Source of the DNA: a virus
Direction: 5' to 3' (one strand)
Virus record (IMG/VR): IMGVR_UViG_3300022213_000004
DNA: 64,000 bases
Shown here: positions 45,601 through 54,386 of the stretch, one piece after another
Position numbering within the stretch: position 1 is the stretch's first letter
Layout of the letters: every line of letters begins with the position of its first letter
Notes under the pieces: model-generated
What the model saw: only the letters and a program-made list of their open reading frames with translations
What the model was told of the DNA's origin: nothing
The model's database searches: none
Position numbers and translations under genes: made by a program

Positions 45601-48600
45601 ACAACAGTAAATTCATATAATTCTTTTGATTATATCTATGATATTGGTATTGTAAATGGGATTAGAAACACCGATATTATAGACATTAGACCGGTAGTAA
45701 ATAATTATTCGGTTTCAGAAGGATCTCGTTCTCCTTTAGAATTTTATGGAAGAACTTTTGATTCTGTTTCAAATTCATCAAATGCTATATTATCTCCCGA
45801 TGAAACTTTGATTGCATCATTCTCATATTATCTGGGAAGAATTGATTCAATTTATTTGTCTAAAGATGGAAAGTTTCAAGTAAAATATGGAACTCCTTCG
45901 GAAAAACCAGAAAGACCGGTATCGGTAGATGATTGTTTAGAAATAGCAACAATTTCTTTACCCCCATATCTATATTCTAATCGCCAAGCATCTATAAGAT
46001 TTTTAGAATATAAAAGATATAGAATGAGTGATATAAAAAATCTTGAAAATAGAATTAAAAATCTAGAATATTACACTTCACTTTCTTTATTGGAGACAAA
46101 TACTTCCAATCTGTTCATTTCAGATTCTGGTGGATTTAATAGATTTAAATCTGGATTTTTTGTGGATAATTTTACTTCATATTTACCACAAGAATCTGCT
46201 GTAGATATTAATAATTCTATTGATATTGAATTTAAAGAATTGAGACCAAAAGCTTATCCAACCTCAATAGATCTAAAACCTGGATATTCCTCAGTAAACA
46301 CATCTATTGCAGATTTGGCATTTGAAAATCCAGATGGAATTAATATTAGAAAATCTGGAGATATTATAACTTTGGATTATGCTGAAGTTGAATGGTTAAA
46401 GCAATCTTTTGCAACAAGGTCAGAAAGTGTAACACCATTCCTTATTAGTTTTTGGCAGGGAACGGTCGAACTTACTCCAGCATCAGATACCTGGATGGAC
46501 ACTGTTAGAATTAGAGCCAAAATTATTGATGTTGAAGGAAATTACTCAACAACTTTAGCGGATTCGGTAAGAAGATTAAATGTTGATCCACAAACTGGTT
46601 TTGCACCAACTGTTTGGAATGCGTGGACAACAAATTGGACAGGAAGAAATGTTAGCATAAGCACTAGAATATCATCAAGTGGATCTTCAAGTGTACGTGG
46701 TGTTGGTGGTTGGATAAATGGTGGTAGTGGCACAGCCGCATGGGTAGAAACTTCATCTTCTTCGACAATTGAAGAAACACTACAAAATATAACAGAAACT
46801 GGAGTTGAGTCAAGAACTGGAACTAGAACGGTAGTCACTGAGCAATTTGATAGAACTTCTGTTGGTGATAGAGTTGTAAGTAGGGATATTGTTCCTTACA
46901 TGAGGTCAAGGAATGTTCAATTTATTTCCAAAAAAATCAAACCACTCACTCAAATTTATGCATTCTTTGATGGAAAAGATGTAACAAAATACTGTGTCCC
47001 CAAACTTCTAGAAATTACTATGTCATCTGGAGTATTTCAGATTGGAGAAACTGTAACGGGGTATATTCAACAAACTGGAACGGGTCAAAATGAAAATGAT
47101 ATTGCCGCAAAAATTACTTTTAGAGTTGCACAAACTAACCATCGAGAAGGGGCTTATGACTCACCTACAGTAACATATTCAAGAAATCCATACAATTCTC
47201 AAGTTCTTCCATCAACATATTCATCAACTTCAACAATATTGAATGTTGACACATTTTCTCTTTCAAATTCAACTCAAGGAGAATTTGGTGGATGGGTAGA
47301 AACTGGCATGATTTTAATAGGCAATACCAGCAAGGCCCAGGCAACTGTTTCTAATTTAAGATTAATATCTGATTTATCTGCTACTTTAATAGGAAGTTTC
47401 TATATTCCAAATCCAAATACAGAGGTACATCCAAGATTTGAATCTGGAACAAAAACCTTTACTTTAGTGAATACTGCAAATAATGACCAAAACGCAGCAA
47501 CTACTATTGCAGAGGAAGCATTCGTCTCCAGTGGAACTATTGAGACTGTTCAAGAAAATATTGTTTCAGTGAGAAACGCTAGAGTTGAAAATAAACAAGA
47601 ATTTGATTCGAGAGCAGTTTCCAGAACAACTGGTACTCAGGTAATAAATTCTAGAGTTATAGCTTCGGCGTCATCATCAAGGGTTATAGGGTGGTACGAT
47701 CCATTAGCACAATCATTTTTGGTTGATAATGAAGAAGGTGTTTTCTTAACTAGTTGTGACGTATTCTTCAAAACAAAAGATGATGCAGATATCCCAGTTA
47801 CTTTCCAGTTAAGAACTATGAGGGGAGGATTTCCCACTCAATATGTTCTTCCATTGTCAGAAATTATACTGAACCCCGATCAGGTTAATGTATCGGGAGA
47901 TGGGTCTGTACCAACTAGAGTAACATTTAAAGCACCTGTTTACTTAGAGGGGGGAGGCGAATATTGTATTTGTCTCGCATCAATTTCAACAAAATATAGT
48001 GTCTATATTTCTAGAATAGGTGAAAATGATTTACTAACACAAACATTCATATCCAATCAACCATATCTAGGGTCATTATTTAAATCCCAAAATGCCTCTA
48101 CATGGGAAGCAAGTCAGTGGGAAGACCTCAAGTTCACTTTATATAGAGCGGATTTTATTGAAAATGGTTCTATAGATTTTTACAATCCAGATTTAACTGA
48201 GGGTAATTCACAAATTGCAAAATTGATGCCCAATTCTTTGCAGTTTAATTCTAAAAAAATTAGAGTAAGTCTTTCTTCAACCATTTCAGACTCTGGAATA
48301 AAACTTGGAAATACCATAATTCAAGCAAACACTACTGGCAGAGGAAATTATGTGGGAAGTGCCGGAAGTGCAACAGGAACTCTTTCTATAAGTAATCCCG
48401 GTATTGGATACACCCCAAGTTCTGGCGGATATGCATTCAATAATGTAAGTCTAACTACAGTTACAGGTAAGGGTACAGGAGCTACAGCAAATATAACTAT
48501 TTCTAATGGAGTTGCTGCGGCTGCCACGATTGTTAATGGTGGAAGCGGGTATCAATCTGGCGATGTTTTGGGAATTAGTAGCATTGGTAATAGTCCAGTA

Positions 48601-50148
48601 GGAACAAATGCTAGATTAACTATAGTTTCTATAGGCAATACAAATCAAATTATTATAGATAATGTCCAAGGTGAATTTTCAACTGGTGTAGGAAAGACAA
48701 TTCAATACATCAATAGTTCCGGAATTACTACCACTTTAAATGCGTCTCTGGGTGGAAATATTTTGGCAAATGAGATTATTACTGAAAGTGATGGTTTGCA
48801 TGTGAAAGTAAATCATAAAAATCATGGAATGTATTTTGATAATAATTTTGTTAAGATATCTGGAGTTGAATCTGATGTAAAACCAACAAAATTATCCGCA
48901 GAATATGCATCAGACTCCACTGGACAAATAACTGTCGAAGATGCATCGAAATTTGCAAATTTTGAAGGTGTTGGAGTTGGAACAACTAATCCGGGATATC
49001 TTCTAATAGGAAATGAATTGATAGAGTATACTTCAGTTATAGGTAATACTATTGGTGGAGATATATCTAGAGGTTTATCATATGGACCAAATTCTGCCTC
49101 AGTAACTCATCCAATAAATTCTACAGTTTATAAGTATGAAATTAATAATATTTCTCTTAGAAGAATTAATAAAATTCATGATTTAAATAATGTAACATTA
49201 GAAAATCCTATTGGATTTGACTATTATAATATTAAACTAGATATGTCTTCGGATGGTGTTGATAGATCTGTTGGTATAGGATTTAGTAATCTATACCAAA
49301 ATACAACTAAATCTGGTGGTGGTTTTAATATAAGAGCATCCCAGAATATTCCATATGAAATTATTTTACCAAACGTCCATAATGTTACAGTAAACGGAAC
49401 TTCATTGAGTGCAGAATTGAGAACTGTTACAGGGAAGAGTATAAGTGGTAATGAAATACCATTTATTGATAATGGATTTGAACCTGTAACAATAAGAGAA
49501 AATAATTATCTTTCTTCACCAAGAATTGTTTGCTCCAAAGTTAATGAAAGCAATTTTCTATCAAATTTACCTGAAAACAAATCTTTAACTTTAAGACTTA
49601 CTCTGGGGACAACAACACCATATCTTTCTCCGGTGATAGATACTCAAAGAATAAGTGCCCAATTTGCTTCAAATAGAGTTAATAACATTGTAACAGATTA
49701 TGCAACCGACAATAGAGTTAATTCTATTTCAGATGATCCAACCGCTTTCCAGTATATTTCAAAAGAAATAAACTTAGAAAATTCGGCAACTTCTCTCAAA
49801 ATAATTTTAGAAGCTTATATCAATTCATATTGCGATATAAGAGCTTTTTACTCTATTGGACAAAATCCAGGTTTTTCTCCAATCTTTACTCCTTTTCCTG
49901 GATATGATAATTTGAATGAAAAATCTCAAATTATTTCATTAGAAGATAGTAATGGAAAATCGGATTCATTCGTAACTCCTACAAGTTCTTTGGAATATAT
50001 TTTAAGTGATGGTGATTTTAAGGAATATGTTTTTACAACTGACAACTTACCATCATTTAGAAATTTTAGAATTAAATTGTTGGGAACATCGACAAATCAA
50101 GTTTTTGTCCCTAGAATAAGAAATTTAAGAGTTATTTCTCTTGCATAA
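42667..50148 (+). CDS. Large virion structural protein (VrlC / DUF4815-like)
   Basis: NLNVAPYFDDF..VLFKPG.PVQARELT.LQSILQNQI; APGADRLKI; RFKSGFFVDNF; DPLAQSF. Confidence 0.85.
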   Translation: MSQKTNLNVAPYFDDFNPNNDYHRVLFKPGYPVQARELTTLQSILQNQIEKFGQHFFKEGAKVIPGNTGYTQLYYCVQLENNYLGVPVAAYVDQLIGAKITGQTSGVTAVVDKILLPQDSERGNLTLYINYLSSSTQNNSTQQFSDGELLTSNVIITSGLLGNTSIAAGEPFASTISTNSTAVGSSFNISEGVYFIRGQFVNVKTETLILDQYTNTPNYRIGLFIDEQIVNSNTDETLNDNSQGFNNYAAPGADRLKISIYLFKKSLTDFDDGNFVELATIVNGSIRSKKDDDKYSFIKDEFARRTYAESGDYLVSPFDVSVEESLNNQKGNNGVFNKNQITYGGDTPSESKCVYKISPGKAFIRGYEVETISTSFLDVNKPRTTRILENQSITYNTGTTLKLNRVYGSTPVGLGNTFILSLRDERVGSSGAVSSGKEIGLARVYDFYLDSGSYSTSNSNLNEWNISLFDVQTFTNITLNNPVTLSTPTFVKGNNSGATAFLRDSVVGTALTLYEVKGSFSRFESFSFNGIDSGMIGIAVTSYGISDVKSIYGQVSSASTFSADTIQSSAFSVGIATISAASSGVSTVRSSNSLFPGNIVKVGNLVKYSDLTKTSPVVAKVIGVGASTISITGVTTVSGVVDGSLPTSVLNVTDFTVLKTDLEKLTDNTLYTSLPKNNISNVDVSNTTLNIRKIFTVNISNNKLSTVVTSGTNETFLPFTEKRYSLVRSDGTTEVLTPDKFEFTSGGTELQIYNLGSNNTNATLVATLQKIKPKAKVKRKNRVNSIIIENSKYEGSGIGGTTLNDGLVYGQYPYGTRVQDENICLNVADIIEIHGIYESEDTSNPSAPKAVLASITSQSSTTSELVVGEEILGTTSGAVAIVAEKLTSSQISLLYKNQNRFNEGETITFSESNIQAQIVTLDTPSFEISFNYNFNKGQNGSFYNYGYLIRKPNISEPTKKLKIYFSNGYYESSDDGDITTVNSYNSFDYIYDIGIVNGIRNTDIIDIRPVVNNYSVSEGSRSPLEFYGRTFDSVSNSSNAILSPDETLIASFSYYLGRIDSIYLSKDGKFQVKYGTPSEKPERPVSVDDCLEIATISLPPYLYSNRQASIRFLEYKRYRMSDIKNLENRIKNLEYYTSLSLLETNTSNLFISDSGGFNRFKSGFFVDNFTSYLPQESAVDINNSIDIEFKELRPKAYPTSIDLKPGYSSVNTSIADLAFENPDGINIRKSGDIITLDYAEVEWLKQSFATRSESVTPFLISFWQGTVELTPASDTWMDTVRIRAKIIDVEGNYSTTLADSVRRLNVDPQTGFAPTVWNAWTTNWTGRNVSISTRISSSGSSSVRGVGGWINGGSGTAAWVETSSSSTIEETLQNITETGVESRTGTRTVVTEQFDRTSVGDRVVSRDIVPYMRSRNVQFISKKIKPLTQIYAFFDGKDVTKYCVPKLLEITMSSGVFQIGETVTGYIQQTGTGQNENDIAAKITFRVAQTNHREGAYDSPTVTYSRNPYNSQVLPSTYSSTSTILNVDTFSLSNSTQGEFGGWVETGMILIGNTSKAQATVSNLRLISDLSATLIGSFYIPNPNTEVHPRFESGTKTFTLVNTANNDQNAATTIAEEAFVSSGTIETVQENIVSVRNARVENKQEFDSRAVSRTTGTQVINSRVIASASSSRVIGWYDPLAQSFLVDNEEGVFLTSCDVFFKTKDDADIPVTFQLRTMRGGFPTQYVLPLSEIILNPDQVNVSGDGSVPTRVTFKAPVYLEGGGEYCICLASISTKYSVYISRIGENDLLTQTFISNQPYLGSLFKSQNASTWEASQWEDLKFTLYRADFIENGSIDFYNPDLTEGNSQIAKLMPNSLQFNSKKIRVSLSSTISDSGIKLGNTIIQANTTGRGNYVGSAGSATGTLSISNPGIGYTPSSGGYAFNNVSLTTVTGKGTGATANITISNGVAAAATIVNGGSGYQSGDVLGISSIGNSPVGTNARLTIVSIGNTNQIIIDNVQGEFSTGVGKTIQYINSSGITTTLNASLGGNILANEIITESDGLHVKVNHKNHGMYFDNNFVKISGVESDVKPTKLSAEYASDSTGQITVEDASKFANFEGVGVGTTNPGYLLIGNELIEYTSVIGNTIGGDISRGLSYGPNSASVTHPINSTVYKYEINNISLRRINKIHDLNNVTLENPIGFDYYNIKLDMSSDGVDRSVGIGFSNLYQNTTKSGGGFNIRASQNIPYEIILPNVHNVTVNGTSLSAELRTVTGKSISGNEIPFIDNGFEPVTIRENNYLSSPRIVCSKVNESNFLSNLPENKSLTLRLTLGTTTPYLSPVIDTQRISAQFASNRVNNIVTDYATDNRVNSISDDPTAFQYISKEINLENSATSLKIILEAYINSYCDIRAFYSIGQNPGFSPIFTPFPGYDNLNEKSQIISLEDSNGKSDSFVTPTSSLEYILSDGDFKEYVFTTDNLPSFRNFRIKLLGTSTNQVFVPRIRNLRVISLA

Positions 50149-50149
50149 T

Positions 50150-50377
50150 ATGAGTTATATAAAGGTGGAGGGTCATGAAGGTCTATTTCGTGACTCAAAT
50201 ACAAACTCCATTATCAACAAAAACATGACAGAATATCAAGAGTACATCTCTAGAAAAAAATTCAAACGTGAAGAAGATGAAAAAATGAAAAATTTAGAAT
50301 CCGAAGTTTCTGAAATAAAAAATGATCTTAATGAAATTAAATCTATGTTAAGGAGTTTTATAAAAGAATCTTCATAG
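50150..50377 (+). CDS. Small conserved-type protein
   Basis: KVEGH..LFRD..TNSIIN..coiled coil. Confidence 0.75.
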   Translation: MSYIKVEGHEGLFRDSNTNSIINKNMTEYQEYISRKKFKREEDEKMKNLESEVSEIKNDLNEIKSMLRSFIKESS

Positions 50378-50470
50378 CAATTTAACAAAATTTCAAAGGA
50401 ACACACAAAAATTTATACAAAATAATATAAAAATTTTATTTTAAATATAGGAAAATAACATCTCATATAC

Positions 50471-50478
50471 TATAAATA
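50471..50478 (+). promoter_or_regulatory. T4-type late promoter
   Basis: TATAAATA; similar sites at 41088, 52762, 58379, 61650, 63353. Confidence 0.8.
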
Positions 50479-50499
50479 TTTCTAAGAATAAAACTAAAT

Positions 50500-51348
50500 A
50501 TGGCGCAACCATCTACTAGACAGGAACTCATAGATTACTGCAAAAGAAAACTGGGAGCGCCAGTTTTGGAAATTAACGTTGCTGATGAGCAGATTGAAGA
50601 CTTAGTAGATGATGCAGTTCAGTTTTTTCAAGAGCGTCATTTTGATGGAGTTTATCCCACGTTTTATAAGTACAAAGTAACTCAAGCAGATATTGATAGA
50701 GGAAGAGCAAAAGGATTAAGTCAGGATAGTGTTGGCATTGTTACTACAACGGTCAATACAAATATAGTAGGAACTGCCACTACTTTTAGTTATTATGAAA
50801 ATAGTAATTATCTCCAAGTCCCCCCAAATATCATTGGAGTAAACAAAATTTTTACTTTTGATGGGGCTAATACTATCACTCATAATATGTTTAGTGTTAA
50901 ATATCAATTGTTCCTAAACGATATTTACTACTGGGGAACAACTGAACTTTTGAGTTATGCAATGGTTAAGACATATCTAGAAGACCTAGATTTTCTCTTA
51001 AATACACAAAAACAAATCAGATTTAATAAGAGGCAGGATAGATTATACTTAGATATTGATTGGGGTTCCGTAACAGAAAATCATTATTTTGTTATTGATT
51101 GCTATTCAACTCTAGATCCAAATGATTATTCAAGAGTTTGGAATGATTCTTTCCTAAAACCATATCTGACTGCACTAATTAAAAAGCAGTGGGGTCAGAA
51201 TATGATGAAATTCACTGGAGTTAAACTTCCAGGTGGAGTTGAATTAAATGGCAGACAAATGTATGATGATGCACAAAGAGAGATAGATGTTTTAATGGAG
51301 AAGATGTCTAGCACTTACGAACTTCCACCCTATGATATGATTGGTTAA
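50500..51348 (+). CDS. gp13: Neck protein gp13
   Basis: ELIDYCKRKLGAPVLEINVADEQ..ERHFDG; QWGQN..KF.G..LPGGV.LNG. Confidence 0.95.
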   Translation: MAQPSTRQELIDYCKRKLGAPVLEINVADEQIEDLVDDAVQFFQERHFDGVYPTFYKYKVTQADIDRGRAKGLSQDSVGIVTTTVNTNIVGTATTFSYYENSNYLQVPPNIIGVNKIFTFDGANTITHNMFSVKYQLFLNDIYYWGTTELLSYAMVKTYLEDLDFLLNTQKQIRFNKRQDRLYLDIDWGSVTENHYFVIDCYSTLDPNDYSRVWNDSFLKPYLTALIKKQWGQNMMKFTGVKLPGGVELNGRQMYDDAQREIDVLMEKMSSTYELPPYDMIG

Positions 51349-51351
51349 TAT

Positions 51352-52758
51352 ATGTTAAATCCATTCTTTCTTCAAGGATCAAAATCAGAGCAAGGTCTTA
51401 TTCAAGATTTAATTAATGAACAATTGAGGATGTATGGCGTTGAAGTTTATTATTTGCCGAGAAAGTATATTACTGAAAAAACAATAATAAGAGAATTGAT
51501 AGAATCCAAATTTACAAATGCATATCCAATTGAAGCATATGTTAATAGTTTTGATGGATATGGAGATAATCCAACAATATTATCAAAGTTTGGGATTCAA
51601 GCACTCAACGAAATTACACTTACTATTTCTAGAGAAAGATTTAAAAATTACATCTCTCCTCTATTAAAAAATCAACCCAATATTAAATTATCCTCAAGAC
51701 CCAAAGAGGGAGATTTAGTTTGGTTTCCTCTTGGCGATAGATTATTTGAAATAAAATATGTTGAACCTGAAAAACCATTTTATCAACTGCAAGAAAATTA
51801 CACGTATGAATTGAGGTGTGAACTTTTCAGATATGAAGATGAGATTATTGATACTGATGTAGAAGATATTGATGACAACATTAGTGGAAGTTTGGGTGAT
51901 GATAAAGTTCCTATTGGATCAATCCAAAAACTTACAATGGTCGGAATCGGTGTTACCGCATCTGCAATTACAGAAATTGTAAATGGTGGTATTAGATTTA
52001 TTACTATCACAAATCGTGGTGGCGGATATACAAGCACTCCAACTGTAGGAATATCGTCAGCACCTTCTGGAGGAAAAACTGCAGTAGCAATTGCTAAAAT
52101 GATTGGTGGGATTGTAGTATGTAATGATAATACAAATCCTTCTGCACAATCTGTTCAGAGTGTTGAGATAGTAAATCCTGGATATGGATATACAATAACT
52201 CCAGGAGTTAGATTTATTGGTGGGGGTGGGAATGGAGCAACCGCAACTGCAACTTTAGGTGATGGAATTATTGGAATTATAACAATTACAAATTCTGGTT
52301 CAGGATACGTAACTCCACCAACAATTACATTCAGTGGCATTTCTTCAGTATCTGCTGCTGCTACTGCTGTTGTTTCTACTTCAGGAACAATTACACAAAT
52401 CAGAATTACAAATGCGGGTCTTGGATATACTGAAGCGCCAATAATTACTATCGGAAATCCATCATTGTCTTCCACAGGAACATTTGTTTTTAATGAAATT
52501 GTTACGGGTTCTCAAAGTGGAGTAACTGCAAGAGTAAGATCCTGGAATTCTATTACTAATATCCTTGAAGTTTCTAATGTAAATGGAGAATTTATTTCCG
52601 GAGAAAATGTCGTAGGAACAGCATCAAGTGCATCTTATCGCTTAAGATCTGTCGATGTTTTTGCACCTAAAGATGGATTTTCGAGTAATGAAGAAATTGA
52701 AACCAAAGCAAATAATATTATAGATTTTAGTGAGTTAAATCCCTTTGGAATGCCATAA
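51352..52758 (+). CDS. gp14: Neck protein gp14 with C-terminal GxGY repeat insertion
   Basis: EQ.LIQDLINEQLRMYGVEVYYLPR; RPKEGDL; FEIKYVE..PFYQL; DFSE.NPFG. Confidence 0.93.
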   Translation: MLNPFFLQGSKSEQGLIQDLINEQLRMYGVEVYYLPRKYITEKTIIRELIESKFTNAYPIEAYVNSFDGYGDNPTILSKFGIQALNEITLTISRERFKNYISPLLKNQPNIKLSSRPKEGDLVWFPLGDRLFEIKYVEPEKPFYQLQENYTYELRCELFRYEDEIIDTDVEDIDDNISGSLGDDKVPIGSIQKLTMVGIGVTASAITEIVNGGIRFITITNRGGGYTSTPTVGISSAPSGGKTAVAIAKMIGGIVVCNDNTNPSAQSVQSVEIVNPGYGYTITPGVRFIGGGGNGATATATLGDGIIGIITITNSGSGYVTPPTITFSGISSVSAAATAVVSTSGTITQIRITNAGLGYTEAPIITIGNPSLSSTGTFVFNEIVTGSQSGVTARVRSWNSITNILEVSNVNGEFISGENVVGTASSASYRLRSVDVFAPKDGFSSNEEIETKANNIIDFSELNPFGMP

Positions 52759-52811
52759 TTCTATAAATAGAATTTATTATGTTTAAATATTATCATAAGG
52801 GTCTGTAGTAT

Positions 52812-53813
52812 ATGTTTGAGTATTTTTATCACGAAATTTTAAGAAAAACCGTTATTGCATTTGGTTCTTTATTTAATGAAATAAATATCAAGCACACCAA
52901 TAATAGTGGAGATGTTACTAACATCATTAAGGTTCCTCTTGCATATGGACCAACGCAGAAGTTTCTTGCAAGATTAGAACAGTCTCCAGATTTAAATAAA
53001 CCAGTTCAAATAACATTGCCAAGAATGTCTTTTGAATTTATTGGTTTAACTTATGACCCATCAAGAAAATCAACAACTACTCAAACATTTACTGCAAAAT
53101 CAACGGAAGACGGAACAGAAACTAAAAAGACGTATCTCCCTGTTCCTTACAATATGCAATTTGAACTTAGCATTATGTCAAAGTTAAATGATGATGCTTT
53201 ACAAATAATAGAACAAATTTTGCCATATTTTCAACCAGCATATGCAATGAGTGTAGAATTGGTCGATATTATCAACGAAAAGAGGGACGTTCCTGTTGTT
53301 CTTGAAAATATAACAATGCAGGACGATTATGAAGGCAATTTTACAACGAGAAGAGTATTAATTTATACTTTAAGATTTACTGCAAAAACTTACTTGTTTG
53401 GCCCTGTTTCTTCTGCGACAAAGGATATTATCAAAAAGACTACTATTGGTTATATCACTGGAGATACTACAAATACTCCAATGAGAGAAATCGTATATTC
53501 TGCGGAACCAAGAGCAATCAAAAATTATACAGGAATTATTCTTACAAACTTAACTAAAGATATTACGTCAGAAGATACATTAATTGCAGTAGATAATGTA
53601 AGTTCGATTCTTGTAAATACATATCTAGATATTGAAGGTGAAGAAGTTTATGTAAAATCAAAAGCAGGAAATATTCTTACTGTTGATAGGGGAAGGGATA
53701 ATACTACTATTACTTCACACTTAGCGGGTTCTCCAATCAAGTCTATTACTGCAACTGATGCTACTCTAATTGAAGATGGAGATGATTTTGGATTTAGTGG
53801 TAGTAATCTATGA
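52812..53813 (+). CDS. gp15: Tail sheath stabilizer / completion protein gp15
   Basis: YFYHEILRK..FGSLFN; KVPLAYGP.QKFLARL; LPRMSFE; QIIEQILPYFQP. Confidence 0.95.
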   Translation: MFEYFYHEILRKTVIAFGSLFNEINIKHTNNSGDVTNIIKVPLAYGPTQKFLARLEQSPDLNKPVQITLPRMSFEFIGLTYDPSRKSTTTQTFTAKSTEDGTETKKTYLPVPYNMQFELSIMSKLNDDALQIIEQILPYFQPAYAMSVELVDIINEKRDVPVVLENITMQDDYEGNFTTRRVLIYTLRFTAKTYLFGPVSSATKDIIKKTTIGYITGDTTNTPMREIVYSAEPRAIKNYTGIILTNLTKDITSEDTLIAVDNVSSILVNTYLDIEGEEVYVKSKAGNILTVDRGRDNTTITSHLAGSPIKSITATDATLIEDGDDFGFSGSNL

Positions 53814-54244
53814 AAATGACAAAGAAATTTGACAAATTAAATGATGCTTTCAATGTTGAAGGAGAAATCGTGTCAGTTGAGAGTAAAAGTGAAATTGAAA
53901 AAATTGAAAAAATAGCATCTACAGTTGATGATATTAAAAAAGATTATGATTACACTAGAGGAAATTTATATTCATTGATTGAAAAGGGTCAAGAAGCAAT
54001 TAATGGTATTCTTGAACTTGCCCAAGAAAGTGAGATGCCTCGTGCTTATGAGGTTGCGGGACAATTAATTAAGAATGTTGCTGATGCAACTGATAAATTA
54101 ATGGATCTACAAAAGAAACTCAAAGATATTGAAGAAGAAAAGGTGGGTAAAGGACCAACTACTGTCAATAATGCATTGTTTGTGGGTTCTACCGCCGAAC
54201 TAGCAAAACTCTTAAAGCAACAAACGGAAAATGAAAACGTTTAA
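53810..54244 (+). CDS. gp16: Terminase small subunit gp16
   Basis: DYDYTRGNLYSLIEKGQEA..PRAYEVAGQLIK; NNALFVGST.EL. Confidence 0.93.
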   Translation: MKMTKKFDKLNDAFNVEGEIVSVESKSEIEKIEKIASTVDDIKKDYDYTRGNLYSLIEKGQEAINGILELAQESEMPRAYEVAGQLIKNVADATDKLMDLQKKLKDIEEEKVGKGPTTVNNALFVGSTAELAKLLKQQTENENV

Positions 54245-54386
54245 GCAGTTTCAAGAAGATTGGAGTAATAAATATAAAAAGAGTATTGATTGCTCCAATC
54301 CTAAAGGATTTTCTCAACGTGCTCACTGTGCTGCGAGAAGAAAAAGAGCAAAAGGCGAACAAACTAAATCAAAACCAGTTGAATAA
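54231..54386 (+). CDS. Small basic protein with capsid-targeting-like N-terminus
   Basis: 51 aa MKTFKQFQEDWSNKYKKSIDCSNPKGFSQRAHCA.. Confidence 0.7.
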   Translation: MKTFKQFQEDWSNKYKKSIDCSNPKGFSQRAHCAARRKRAKGEQTKSKPVE

